Shown here: positions 25,134 to 38,622 of the stretch, one piece after another
Numbering within the stretch: the stretch's first letter is position 1
Layout of the letters: every line of letters starts with the position of its first letter
Origin: Phoronis australis
Lineage: Eukaryota > Animalia > Phoronida
Length of the DNA: 64,000 nt
Assembly: GCA_002633005.1 (NCBI GenBank)
Contig: NMRA01000219.1
Span: forward strand, 287,990 to 351,989
Reading direction: 5' to 3'
Program-made: the position numbers and the translations under genes
The notes under the pieces: model-generated
What the model saw: the letters and a program-made list of their open reading frames with translations, nothing else
Database searches by the model: none
What the model was told of the DNA's origin: nothing

Positions 25134-26822
25134 ATGATGTCCAAGCCAGTCAGTCTAACAATTGTTGTTAGCCTGTGAGGTACAATTGTTTGCCTCAGAA
25201 ACCCAAGAGCTTGTACACTTGAGCTATTACTTTTGCTCAAGAAGTGTGTTATGTTTGTAAAAACGTTTTACTTCAAATAAAATATTTTAAAACTGACAAC
25301 CTTGTGTCTTTCTTTTGTGATTGACATTCGAATGTCTCACCACTTCAATTTTTAATTTGCCTGCCTATTAATGGCTGTTCATGCTTTACCTACAGGTTAT
25401 GAGTGATGACAATTTCGAAATTTTGCCAACGTGGTATCTCAAAAACAGCTTATCAGACTCAAATGAAACAGACATGCTATCGACCTTGTTCTCCAGTCTA
25501 AATGGGCCTGTATTGAATAAGATACTGTCAAAAATTGAGGCATTAATTAATGATTTTTATGGAAAATTTAGGTTTTCATCATAAAAGCTGCATAAAATAA
25601 AAAGGGCATTGAAAATTGATTTTGAGATCTGTTCATGAATATCTAACATGTGAAATGAAATTTGCCCATGCTGATAATGCTTTATCTTTTCTGCAACATT
25701 ATTTCTTTGCTAAATTTTAGTAAAAGAAAACATGTTCATAGGAAGGCAGATTTGTGTTGAAGAAAAAATTAGATTCTACAATCTTTTATTTTCCGAAAAC
25801 ATGTACCTTTTATGAGTACAATAAATTCTGGAATTTTGCAGAAATTTTGACTAAAAGCACATGCTTCCTGGTGAGGTTATTCACCAGAAATAATCACAAT
25901 GCTCTACCCTTGATAGTATGCGAGTTATTTGTTCCACCATCAGAGAAACAGTTGTGAATGACCTCTTGGCCTGAGAAAGTAGTACCCTTTAATTAAGTCA
26001 GTTATCTTCTACTAAAGTACTTTAAATGTACTTCTGGGTCAATTAGCTACAGCCTCCACGCATGGCTTCCTTATAACAATGTGACAACAAGGAGTGAAAT
26101 CAGAACACCTTTTATCTTGGTAATGCGTATTTTTAAGGAAATACACGTCTCACTTGTGTCATGATTATGAAACTACACTGAACTTGACAACTGTAGCTGC
26201 ATCGTTCAAATACATGATCATGTGCATGTATGTTCACCTCAAATGATTCAATTTCATCTACAGTTCTAGACATCCCGTCAAGTGTGAATCAGTTCATGAG
26301 TTAAATTTGCTTTTTAAGTTGTCTCAATTTTAATCACCATTGACGTTCAAGCTAAAAACGGCCAAACAAGTATCGCATTGATTTAGACCTCTATTTGACT
26401 CGGGCGGTGTCATGTGTAATAAGACGATGTAATTGGCAATATGTTTTCATCCCAAAGTACAGTATTCATGTTCTACATATGTACAATTTTTTACCCCGTT
26501 GACTCTCACAACCTTAGTACGCATATCCACTTCACTTTTTAATGTTACTAATCCATCAGTTTTCTATTTGCAAGATTTAGCCTAACTTAACGTAATTAAA
26601 TTAGTGGTGGTGGGAATTTTCATGCCTACCCTGCTCATTGCTTTTGTCCTTACTTCATTACATTTAGTCTATTCACACACCTGTATATACTTCTTTTTCT
26701 CTTGTTAGATAAGCATGTTAAGTATGAACAGTAAGAGTTTATCGGTTTTTAACTACAGATATAATAATTACAATTGTCCAGGTGTCTGGAAAACAAAAAT
26801 ACCTCACTGCTTTTCGCCTATN

Positions 26823-27690
26823 AATGGACTAAACTAGCAACCCGTCGTAAACTCCACCTGTCCATGTATACATTCAAAGTCTTAACCAACATAAACAATT
26901 ACTCTAACAAAATCCTCTTTGACTCCTACAAAAGACCAAGCATGAGACCAGGACTCCGGCAAAGCAGTATGTATACTATTCCAGCCTCCATCAGCCTTGC
27001 CTTCAGAAGATCAACGATATTAACTTGTATTGACAACTGGAATTCCTTACCATTCAAAATAAAAGAAAGCACTTCAATCGTCACTCTCAAAAATAACTTT
27101 AAAATGCATACCACTACTCCAGTCCCATTGACATCATTCCAACTTCCCCGCAACCATGAAATAACCCTATACAGATCAAGATGTGGTCTATTCCTAACAA
27201 CGAGAAATTTAGGCATAATTTTAATAATATTTCTCCTCTGTGTTCCTGTGGAGACACCCATGTATATCCTCATGTTTTCTTTGCTTGTGAGGTATGCAAG
27301 GAGGAGAGGGTACAGCTCTTCCAGGCACTCGAACAATACCCCAATGTTTATAAACAATATTCTGAAATTCCGCAATTGTACAACAAGAACTTAACTCAAA
27401 CGAAAATAAGGTTTTATTTGAAATAGTAACAGAATTTCTTTATAACATTAAATCTCTTTGTGTGAGTGGATAGAATTTTATACATCTGTATGAAAATGAA
27501 TTATTTTCATTCGTTGTCATATATCATTGTATTCTTAACATCAGTTTTTTTTAGTTATGTATTCGTATAATTATAATAATTGTATATAGACTTCTTTGTA
27601 TTTTTTTCACCCAGATCTAATGCCTCTTGGCGCTTTCTGGGTTATGTATATTCATTGTATTCTGAAGATTTCGTAATAAACATTAAAAAA
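26823..27690 (+). mobile_element. 3' end of a CR1/L2-group LINE (separate copy of the 31268-34953 family)
   Basis: Aligns to 34075-34953 but is visibly more diverged than the flanking duplication; ends aataaacattaaaaaa. Confidence 0.88.
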
Positions 27691-30600
27691 ACATCAGCCT
27701 CAGTGCGGAATTGAATCTCAGTGCATCCTCCTCGGTGTCAGTCTAACGCTGTACTGGCGAAGCTGAACTATGCTTGACCAATGTCAGAATATTTTAAGCA
27801 CATTTTGCTATTTTCTCTGGATAATGGACATTTGCGCTGAAATGACAAAATCTCGCAGGACATTTTGAAAATCAGACAGGCAAAATTTGTCATTGAAGGA
27901 GGGGCTTATACAGGATTCCCAAAGTGGGAGTCAGAATTTTCCAAAAATTCAGACCGAAAGCGCCTTGTTCCTTGGGCCACATGCAGTGGTATACAACACC
28001 TATCAAATAGGAAAGTACAGTTAAGCGGAAATAAAAGTGTCATTGACATAAGCTAAACCTTTTATTTGATCGATGACTTTAAAATGGATTTACATAATCC
28101 GAATTCAAGCTCATTTTTCATATCAAACAAAAACATAAACATATTTTATTTTACTTGCCCACTCTTTCTACAAAAATTTAGACATAGGTTTAAAACCAAT
28201 TTCCATATTTATGGATCTTTCTAAAGCCTTTGATACCACTGATCACGACGTCCTCCTCAAAGAATTAAAACATTACGGGTTAAAAAAACAAGCTTTATTG
28301 ATTTCAAAGCTCTCCTGGAAACAGAAAAACATTTTGTCAGTCTTGTTACTGTCACTTTGCCTTACCTTGACATTGCCACAGATGTACCACAGGGATCTAT
28401 TTTAGGGCCTCTCTCATCAAAAATTATCGCTCAACACAAGTAAAACTAAATTTAATCCATTTCTATTACCACAGAAAAAATAAACAGAGTCTCACATCCT
28501 TTTAATCCAAATTAACAACGAAATAATTAACAGAGTTCATAATTTCAAATTTTAGCTACTTTTGTAGACAGTCATCTTTCCTGGAAGACGCATGTTCAGG
28601 AAATTACTAACAATGAGAAAACTGTGGGCATTTTCTCCATGTTGAAATACTATTTTCCCAAATACAGACTCCTGATGATGCACAATGCTCTTATACTGTC
28701 ACATCTACACTTTTGGTATAAATGCCCTTTCATATTGACTTACTCCAGAGCGTCGATGTAAACAGCACAGTTAACTAGACCATTCATACTGGCTTCGGTT
28801 GTTAATGAACATAGAAGTAAACGGGATGTGACGCAAGGTAGCGCTGCACGCTGAGATTTGTTCAGTGTGACAATTTGGGAACATTTACATGTGCTAATTG
28901 AAATTAAATTTATTTTTAAATCGATTGGTTATTATTAGAACAAAATATAAGCAGCTATTAGTGACGGCACTACCCTGTAATTGTTGACGATAACAGTGGC
29001 ACCTGGCGATAACTTCTATTGGACCAAAGTAAACCGTTCATACTGCACCGCAGCCTCGACGCTGCGCTGTTAAATCCACCTGTTAACTGCTATGTTAACT
29101 GGAGCTGTTAACTGCGATCCAGGACCGGAGTTAAGCGTTCATACTGACCGCAACTCCCCAAACCATGTCGACGCGTCGACGTTAGTATGAATGGCCCTTG
29201 AAAGGCCCTTAACACTATGGTGTTCAATAATTGATTCAGAAGGAACTGATGTATTTGCGATGTTTGCGTTCTGCTTTCGGAATTCCTCAACCGGACACTA
29301 CGATTATTCACTGGGATAATCAAGGGACTATCGCCCTCAGCAAGGAGTCACTGAAACAGCATCAACGCACAAAACACAATGACGTGCGTTACCATTTCAT
29401 ACAGAGCAACGGTTGTGTGGAGTTTCAGTATGTGAACACCAAAGACAATTTGGCTAATATTTTTGCGAAACCGCTCTCGAAAGATGGACATTTGAGAGTC
29501 GTAGTCGCGATCCAAAGGGGGTGTTGATTAGAATCGCTCCCATGACCAGACACTATTAATCATTATGGTCTCATGTATCACTGCTGAGCATGCAGTGTGT
29601 CTTTTCTCTTCTCTCCACGTTTCACAGCGTGTAGTTTGCAGAAGTGTATGTTATAACTCGCAATAAATCAGTTATGGATCACAAATCAACAATGATGTCT
29701 AAGCCAGTCAGTCTAACAATTGTTGTTAGCCGGTTAGGTAGAATTGTTTGTCTCAGAAACCCGAGAGCTTCAACACTTGAGCTATTGCTTTTGCTCAAGA
29801 AGTGTGTTATGTTTGTAAAAACGTTTTTCTTCAAATAAAATATTCTAAAACTGACAACCTTGTGTCTTTCTTTTGTGATTGACATTCGAATGTCTCACCA
29901 CTTAAATTTTTAATTTGCCTGCCTATTAATGGCTGTTCATGCTTTACCTACAGGTTATGAGTGATGACAATTTCGAAATTTTGCCAACGTGGTATCTCAA
30001 AAACAGCTTATCAGACTCAAATGAAACAGACATTATGCTATCAAGCTTGTTCTCCAGTCTAAATGGGCCTGTTTTGAATAAGATACTGTAAAAAATTGAG
30101 GCATTAATTAATGATTTTTATGAAAATTTCAGTTTTCATCATAAAAGCTGCATAAAATAAAAAGGGCATTGAAAACTGATTTTGAGATCTGTTCATGAAT
30201 ATTTAATATGTGAAATGAAATTTGCCCATGCTGATAATGCTTTATCTTTTCTGCAACATTATTTCTTTGCTAAATTTTAGTAAAAGAAAACATGTTCATA
30301 GGAAGGCAGATTTGTGTTGAAGAGAAAATTAGATTCTACAATCTTTTTATTTTCCGAAAACATGTACCTTTTATGAGTACAGTAAATTCTGGAATTTTGC
30401 AGAAATTTTGACTAAAAGCACATGCTTCCTGGTGAGGTTATTCACCAGAAATAATCACAATGCTCTACCCTTGATAGTATGCGAGTTATTTGTTCCACCA
30501 TCAGAGCAACAGTTGTGAATGACCTCTTGGCCTGAGAAAGTAGTACCCTTTAATTAAGTCAGTTATCTTCTACTAAAGTACTTTAAATGCACTTCTGGGT

Positions 30601-31374
30601 CAATTAGCTACAGCCTCCACGCATGGCTTCATTATAACAATGTGACAACAAGGAGTGAAATCAGAACACCTTTTATCTTGGTAATGCGTATTTTTAAGGA
30701 ATTTCACGTCTCACTTGTGTCATGATTATGAAACTACACTGAACTGTAGCTGCATCATTCAAATACATGTTCATGTGCATGTATGTTCACCTCAAATGAT
30801 TCAATTTCATCTAAAGTTCTAGACATCCCGTCAAGTGTGAATCAGTTCATGAGTTAAATTTGCTTTTTAAGTTGTCTCAATTTTAATCACCATTGACGTT
30901 CAAGCTAAAAACGGCCAAACAAGTATCGCATTGACTTAGACCTCTATTTGATTCGGGCGGTGTCATGTGTAATAAGACAATGTAATTGGCAATATGTTTT
31001 CATCCCAAAGTACAGTATTCATGTTCTACATATGTACAATTTTTTACCCCGTTGACTCTCACAACTTTAGTACGCCTATCCACTTCACTTTTTAATGTTG
31101 CTAATCCATCAGTTTTCTATTTGCAAGATTTAGCCTAACTTAACGTAATTAAATTAGTGGTGGTGGGAATTTTTATGCCTACCCTGTTCATTGCTTTTGT
31201 CCTTACTTCATTACATTTAGTCTATTCACACACCTGTATATACTTCTTTTTCTCTTGTTAGATAAGCATGTTAAGTATGAACAGTAAGAATTTATCAGTT
31301 TTTAACTACAGATATAATAATTACAATTGTCCAGGTGTCTGGAAAACAAAAATACCTCACTGCTTTTCGCCTAT
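27691..31374 (+). repeat. Copy B of ~3.7-kb direct duplication
   Basis: Same order of LINE relic, MITE, Copia RNase H and LTR as 23126-26821; continues into the long LINE. Confidence 0.92.
29215..29691 (+). mobile_element. Ty1/Copia 3' end duplicate (LTR 29522-29691)
   Basis: ORF 29231-29527 RNase H motifs; PPT aaaggggg; TGTTGA..TCAACA. Confidence 0.88.
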
Positions 31375-34300
31375 TACGCTCGAGCTCACTTTTTTACTAC
31401 GAAAACGACCCCGAACTGCGCACTTACGTAATGTTTATTGCACAATGAAGAACTCATGTGATATCAGAGTTATCTTTGAGCAAAGCCTTTTGACTGCTGG
31501 TGACATAGAGGTCAAACCAGGACTAGGCACTCAGGGTTTTGCCAGCTTCAAGGCCTTATTCACTAACAGTATCAAGGCGAACAGTCTTTCAAAATTTGAA
31601 CTTCTCAAGCAATTTATTACAGACAACAATTACATGGTCATAGCCATATGTGAATTCGGAACATTGTCTGAAGACTACCTCGGTGCACTTATTATTCCAG
31701 AATACAACATTGCATACCACATGCAGGGAGGGGGTTAATCTTGGTTGTCCACAACTCCGTAAATTACAAAACAATTGATAATAAAATTATACAATCAATG
31801 AATAACTGTTGGATTGAACTTTATGTCAACCACAAGAAGGTATATTATGGTTTTTTCTATCGCTCACCTTACCAGACGTCCCGTAAAAGGAAAGCATATT
31901 TCAATACCTTTTCAGAACAATTGCAAGAACTCTCACAAACTAATAAAACAATTGTTATCAACGGGGATTTCAACGCAAGAAATAGTACTTAGTACTCAGA
32001 AGATAATGACAACCAAGCCGGTCTCGAATTATTCGATATTCTCCTCTTAAATGACTATACAACTAATAAACGACCCGACACGTTGAACAGAGTATTCATA
32101 TTCTTCCTTGATTTATGTATTACAAACAATCTCGGATTAAATGAAACCACTTCTGTAAGGCCTCCCATTGGTAACTCAGACCTCCACGTTATAGAAACAA
32201 CATTCTCACTCAACTGCGCACCTAAAGAACCAGACATTATGAAAAAGATCTGGAATTACAACCTCATTAACATGGACAAACTGCGCTCGGACATAACCAT
32301 ATTTAACTGGACTGAAATACCTAACAAAAGTGTCATAAATGACGCATTCTCAATATTCACACAGTCAATCTACAACGTACTAGATAATAATATCCCATCA
32401 ACCATGAAAACAATAAAAAACAAAAACAAACCGTGGTTTAACAATAACATTAAGTCGGAAATATATAAAAGAAATAAATTGTAGAGATCGTTTAGAAAAT
32501 CAAATAACCCGTGCACGTTCAAGTTCTACAAAGAACAGTGAAAGAGTGTGGAAGAATTAATTAAACAGACAAAACAAGACTATAAGATGAAAATTATCTC
32601 TAATATCAAAAATGTTTCCAAAAATTTTAAGGACTATTGAGATATAGTAAACAAAATTCGAGGACAAGTAAAGCAGTCATCATACCCCATCATCCACTCA
32701 AAGTAATCTAACTCTCAGGAGTCATTCAAAGCAGATAAAAGTAAGTTATTTCTAGACTACTTTACCGCCAAGAGTCACATTGCGCCAACAACAAACTTCC
32801 CCGAATTCCAAACAGAACATTACAACACTTCTCTGACATACAAACCCAACCATTTGAAGTCAGAATACTACTAGAAAACATTGACGAAAACAAAAACGAC
32901 GGTACCAATCTCATAACCAATAAAATGATCAAGATAATAGCAAGAGAGCTTACAGTTCCTCTGACAACATTATATGACAAAATACTACAATCTGGAAAAT
33001 TTCCTTCGAACTGGAAGCTTAGCGTTATGATACCAATACACAAAAAGAACTCCAAAACAGACATTGCCAACTATCGCCCCATAACTCTACTTAACACTTT
33101 ATCCAAAATTTTAGAAAAAATCATTTGACCAACTCTCTTCCCAAAACCTCATATATCTTCGCCAATTTGGATTCATGCCTGGTAACAGCACTGTGTGGCA
33201 ACTTACAGAAATTGTGCACGACATCCACCTCCAGTTTGAGCAAGGGTACAACGTGAGATCTGTATTTTTAGACATTGCGTCAGCTTTTGTTGTCGTTCCC
33301 CATGATCTTCTTCTACATAAATTACAATCTTACGGTTTTTCCGGAACTCTCTTCTCACTTTTAAAATCATATCTGGAATGTAGAACTTACAAAGTCAGAA
33401 TAGAGGGTGTCTTATCACGCTCATCAACGCCATGTTTCGTAAATGCTGGAGTACCACAGGGTAGCGTACTAGGCCCCTTACTCTTTTTACTGTACATCAA
33501 TGATCTTCCAGACACCTTAAACTCTATAATATTCTTATATGCTGATGACACTGCAATATTCCACCCATTCTCAAAAGAGCATCCACATGACTCCTTACAA
33601 TTGCAAACTGACCTTAACAAACTCTATGACTGGTCTTACAAATGGAAGATGAAATTTAAACCTGAAAAAAGTGTTGATCTTATATTTTCTAAGTCTAATA
33701 ATACTCATTTCCAAACAAATCCAACACTGGAATTATCACTCAATGGGGAAGTTATCCCCAATAAGTTCACGCACAAACATCTTGGCTTGCTACTCGATCA
33801 TAAGCTTACATTTACTCCTCATTGTCGCGAACTCATTCACAAAGTACAAAAATTAATTAATCTAATTAGAATTATCTCTCGTCATCTCAACTCCATGCAT
33901 CTTGAAACTCTGTTCAAGTCTTTTGTACTTCCACATCTAGATTACTATGATATAATCTACCAATCGGCAAACGCTGGCATACTTCTTCGATTAGAAAGAC
34001 TACAATACCAAGCAGCTTTAGCCATATCAGGGGCATTTAAAGGGTCCAATTCAACCAAGGTTCCAAATAGTCTCAACTGGAGCAAACTAGCAACTCGTCT
34101 TAAACTCTACATGTCCATGTATACTTTCAAAGTCTTAACCAACATAAACAATTACTCTAACACAATTCTCTTAGACTCCTACAGAAGACCAAACACGAGA
34201 CCAGGACTGCGACAAAGTAATATGCACACTGTTCCATCTTCCATCAGCCAAGCCTTCTGGAGATCAACGGTATTAACTTGTATTTACAACTGGAATTCCT

Positions 34301-34953
34301 TATCACCCAAAATAAAAGAAAGCACTTCAATCGTCACTCTCAAAAATAACTTTAAAATGCATACCACTTCTCAAGACTTGCCAGTCCTATTGACATCATT
34401 TCAACTTCCTCGCAACCATGAAATAACCCTATACAGATCAAGGTGCGGTCCATTCCTAAATAACGAGAACTTTAGACATAATTTTAATAATATTTCGCCT
34501 CTGTGTTCCTGTGGAGACACCCAGACATATCCTCATGTTTTCTTTGCTTGTAAGGTATGCAAGGAGCAGAGGGTACAGCTTTTTCAGACACTCGAACAAT
34601 ACCCCAATGTCTACAAAAATATTCTGAAAGTCCGCAATTGTACCACAAAATTAATTTTTTTCTATATGGATGTCAAGAACTCATCCCTAATGAAAATAAG
34701 GTTTTATTTGAAATAGTATCAGAATTTCTTTATAACATTAAATCTCTTTGTGTGAGTCGACAGAATTGTATACTTGTGTATGAAAATGAATTATCATATA
34801 TCATTGTAATCTTAACATCATTTTTTTAATTCATGTATTGGTGTATAATAATTGTATATAGGCTTCTTTGTATTTTTAACCCAGATCTAATGCCTCTTTC
34901 TGGGTTATGTATATTCATTGTATTCTAAAGATTTCGTAATAAACATTAAAAAA
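31268..34953 (+). mobile_element. Near full-length CR1/L2-group LINE ORF2 (2A-like, APE endonuclease, RT, C-terminal Cys/His motif), disrupted
   Basis: IAICE, YRSP, INGDFNA, LDLCITN, SDLH (APE); NYRPITLL, GVPQGSVLGPLLFLLYIND, LYADDT, HKHLGL (RT); CSCG..H.FFAC; several stops and frameshifts; A-rich tail. Confidence 0.93.
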
Positions 34954-36766
34954 TCTACTACTGAACTGGACAATAGCTCATGGATTCGGAATAATAGAGG
35001 GGCAATAAACTTCGGGCACGTATGGGTTAAACTGGCTGAATTTCACTAACCTATGCTGCGGTATGCCGACACGGAACACAACATCCAGTAAAAAAATAAC
35101 ATCAGACCCGCATGCCACACCATAAGAGTTCAAAAATATGATACAGCAGACGGAGACAGTGCAAAAGTTTTCAACCTATAGTAATGACTGAATATTATGA
35201 CGTCGGTGAAGCCACGTTACATAAACATCATTCCACAGTGCTACCTTTCGTAGCACTGTGAAAGAGTGTATGCCCTTACGGAAGCCCTGGTTTGTCATTA
35301 TTCACTGGCGACACCTGGTCAAATTGGCAAGTTTTACTTCAGGCAAGTACGTTGTCTGCTAATCATGTCGGCTGCTCTCACAATGAAATAGATAATTTAG
35401 AAGAGTGGCACCCACTCTAGGATAGAACGCAAGAAAATGAGTTGCCAATCTGTTGTATATAATCTATGGTGTTACCAACCAGTCGTGTCCGAACATATTG
35501 CAGGTCATGTGAGAAATAACATTACCAAATTTCATTTGATATATATGTTAAAGATGAAATCTCAAAAATGCTGTTACAGTTTTTTAAATATTCCATCTCA
35601 TTTTTATATGCAGCTTTTGATTTTTTTTCACGAAAATCATAAGTTTTATTTTTATAGACCCTCATGCAAAAAATGGGGTTTTTTTTGGAAAGTGCAAATA
35701 GCATAGTATTTGAAAGTTTCTCATGAATCTGATCAGCTGTTTCTAAGATTTGTTGACCCGAAGATAGTCTAAATTAAATTTGCTTGTTCAGATCACATAT
35801 CCAAGGCTAGAGCTAGGTTGTAGGTACTGATATGAATTTACTTAACAATCCATTACCAGGGGACACTGATATGATGAGAATAGGCTTAGACATTGTATAT
35901 GAGAATAATTGATCTTTGTGCCACTGAAAACATTGATAGTACGATTGTCTACATGTTTTTGTGGTGAAATATATGTACCTTTCTCACCCATGGCTGTTAC
36001 CTTGTACTGTTGCCTAGCTTATGTAACATTCTCTGCTGATGTTTGGAGAAGAAATGTAAACAAACTAATAAACTTTCAAACACTGGTATTTATGTTCAAG
36101 ATATGTCCCTAAATGGATAGGTGTGTCACAGAGATAAAAGGAGACCGTATACACGCGAAATAAAGGTCATTTATTATGACTAATAATGGTACAGAAATAT
36201 GAGTCTAAAATAATAAGTAAATATAAAATAATAGGCTCTGGAAAGATGGGCAATAAAAAGCGCCAAAAGAGGTGTTGAAGACAGCTCATGCCCATCCGCA
36301 GGGACGCACCAAAATAAAAAATAAGGAAGAAAATAGAGGTATTATGTAGAATCACATACTTTCAGGGTGCTGTCATCCGGATACCCAATACACACTTGTC
36401 ATAGTAACTATAGGGCATCCGCCTGCTTTTAATACATTGATTCCTCATAACATGTACATAGTTGGAACCTGTTGAAATTCAGGACCTTGAATGGAAATCC
36501 AGGGTAGCACAGAGAGTACCATTGTGTATTCGAAATCCTGACAAGTGCTATGCAGCCCTGAAAAATTGGGATCTGACTGATGAGACAATACCAAACGATG
36601 AAGCATCAAAGTACCTGAGATAATGCCAATTGTCCAATCTCCATTATTTAGCATTGGGTTCACTGGCATTTAGGTTTCAAAAAAGTAACAGAAAGCATAT
36701 GAGTAAGCATAGATTTTATGATGTGATTGTCATAGTCTGGTAAGTATGCTACTTAACGTTTTTCAG

Positions 36767-36833
36767 CACCAGGAGCATAGGACAGAAAATCCTTGTTATT
36801 ATCAATTCACTAAAGAATCCACTGGAGACTAAG
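36767..36833 (+). CDS. SAMHD1: SAMHD1 exon 3 (SAM helix 5 and linker)
   Basis: tttttcag|c...aag|gtagga, 67 nt, phase 2 to 0 as required; (A)TRSIGQKILVIINSLKNPLETK ends in the Lys that precedes VFND. Confidence 0.82.
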
Positions 36834-37511
36834 GTAGGACTTTTTTGGTCAATTTTCACTTACTTCGGCAAAAATGATTGCCAAATTTTATATGTTCTGA
36901 TCATTGTTTAAGGGATTCTAATGTTGATGTGAATTTCAACAACTTTCCAAAATATTGACATCTAAAGATGGTGGCTATGATACAAAACTTAAACACACAA
37001 AAAGTGAGAATACAAAATTTCATTTGTCTGCCAAATTTTGTAATAAATAGGTGACATTTCCCAACGTTTGTTAGGAACAGCTTATCTACCATGGAAGTGC
37101 TGTCGCTTTAGGCCACTAGTCACTGCAATGGTAAATAATTCTTGTTATAACACGTGCATAAATTTACAAATTGATTTTTACACAGGCATGAGCTATGCAA
37201 TGGTTATACACATTGCTAGACTCATTCACACTGTAAACACGATAAAAGTAACAAAAACTTATAAGAAATTATGCAAGTTGTAGTGTGTAAATTAAGAGAT
37301 AATTTCTAGTGTTTTAGTAAACTTCTCAGCTTCTACAGTGTTCCCACTGAGCAAAAATCTAAACCTGAAAACTATGATGTTATTTGCAGCGTAATCTTCC
37401 TGTCTGCTAATTCACAGAAACAACTTATTGTTACTATTGTTAAACATCATTTACACTTACTGAGCATGTCACTATCACTTATATCACAAAAGAATAAAAA
37501 TAAGTACCACT

Positions 37512-37743
37512 AACAGCTTATTATTTAAAATGACTTATTCTTATTAAAGTGACATAGGCAAAAAATTGAATTTCAGGCCTCAAAAGCGAGGCCTTCTATA
37601 TTAATATAGAGGGCCCCGCCGAAAGGCGGCCGGAGAGCGGGGCTCTCTATATTAATATAGCTTGCCTCGCTTTTGAGGCCTGAAATTCAATTTTTGCCTA
37701 TGTCATTTTAATAAGAACAAGTCATTTTAAATAATAAGCTGTT
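37512..37743. mobile_element. 232-bp near-perfect hairpin MITE with 4-bp CACT TSD
   Basis: aacagcttattatttaaaatgact.. / ..agtcattttaaataataagctgtt arms of ~105 bp; cact on both flanks; GC-rich tip. Confidence 0.88.
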
Positions 37744-38461
37744 CACTACTATTTCAATCATTTGTTTTAAAAGCACACAGAGCTTAAGCTTAGACATAAA
37801 AAATCTATAAACACAAATTAGACTTTGGAACAATACGGATAAAAAACCGATAACTAAAATCTGTCATTAAAAACAACAATCTTGTTGGAGTTAAGAAAAT
37901 TATTTATAAGTGCTAAAGAAGCTGATATTCTGTTACTCTGCTGCTACACTTTTGCAGCAATCATTTAAGTCAGGTTTGATAGTCATTGAATTGAGCATCC
38001 GAGTCAACTTCCTTTTTCACCGATTCATTGAAATCAGCCATTTTTTCTTCAAGGTTATGTACCGTTCACAACAAGTTACTGGGATTGGTTTCATTTATTA
38101 TAAGTTTGTAGTATTTTATTACCAGTAACTGAATTTCTGAACAATTTTTTTCTGTGAAGTTGTCACCATTTCCCTAAAGATGTAGCAGAAATTGACCAAA
38201 TGGCGCATGTTTGTGTCGGGAGCGTACTGTTTTGAAGTCTATGCTGTAAATGTGTACCTTATTTGTATCACAGTTCCAAATAAATGACTTCTCCTTTATT
38301 CCCTTACTTTGCTCCTCCCTCTCCTCCACCCTATGCCCTTCCCTGCGTTTTAAGTTCGTGCTTTGTTTTAAACACAAGTTTTCCATAAATGATGAACCAT
38401 CAGAAGTTTGAGTGAATTTCTTAGTTCTCATTTCAATTGAATTTGATTGTTTTTTTTGCAG

Positions 38462-38622
38462 GTGTTCAATGACAGTATTCACGGTCATATTGAGCTGCAC
38501 CCATTGTGTGTGAAGATTATTGACACGCCACAGTTCCAAAGATTACGTTACATTCGCCAGATGGGAGGTGTTTATTTTGTCTACCCTGGTGCTTCACACA
38601 ACAGATTTGAACATTCTCTTGG
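38462..38622 (+). CDS. SAMHD1: SAMHD1 exon 4 (HD domain start)
   Basis: ttttgcag|[54 protein letters not shown]|gtgagt, 161 nt. Confidence 0.97.

Larger units (their letters stand above)
23126..26821 (+). repeat. Copy A of ~3.7-kb direct duplication (copy B 27691-31374)
   Basis: Colinear with few percent differences; copy A stops at the single N at 26822. Confidence 0.92.

Noticed and set aside
29730-29835. Alternative SAMHD1 exon 3 candidate (ag|c-RLGRIVCL...)
   Set aside because: No good phase-0 donor, poor SAM fit, disrupted by a stop in copy A; 36767-36833 fits phase, length and motif
38174-38539. Minus-strand ORFs overlapping SAMHD1 exons and TE ORFs (also 43717-43902, 54508-54735, 45796-46155, 49095-49736)
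   Set aside because: Antisense shadows of real coding sequence with no independent motifs
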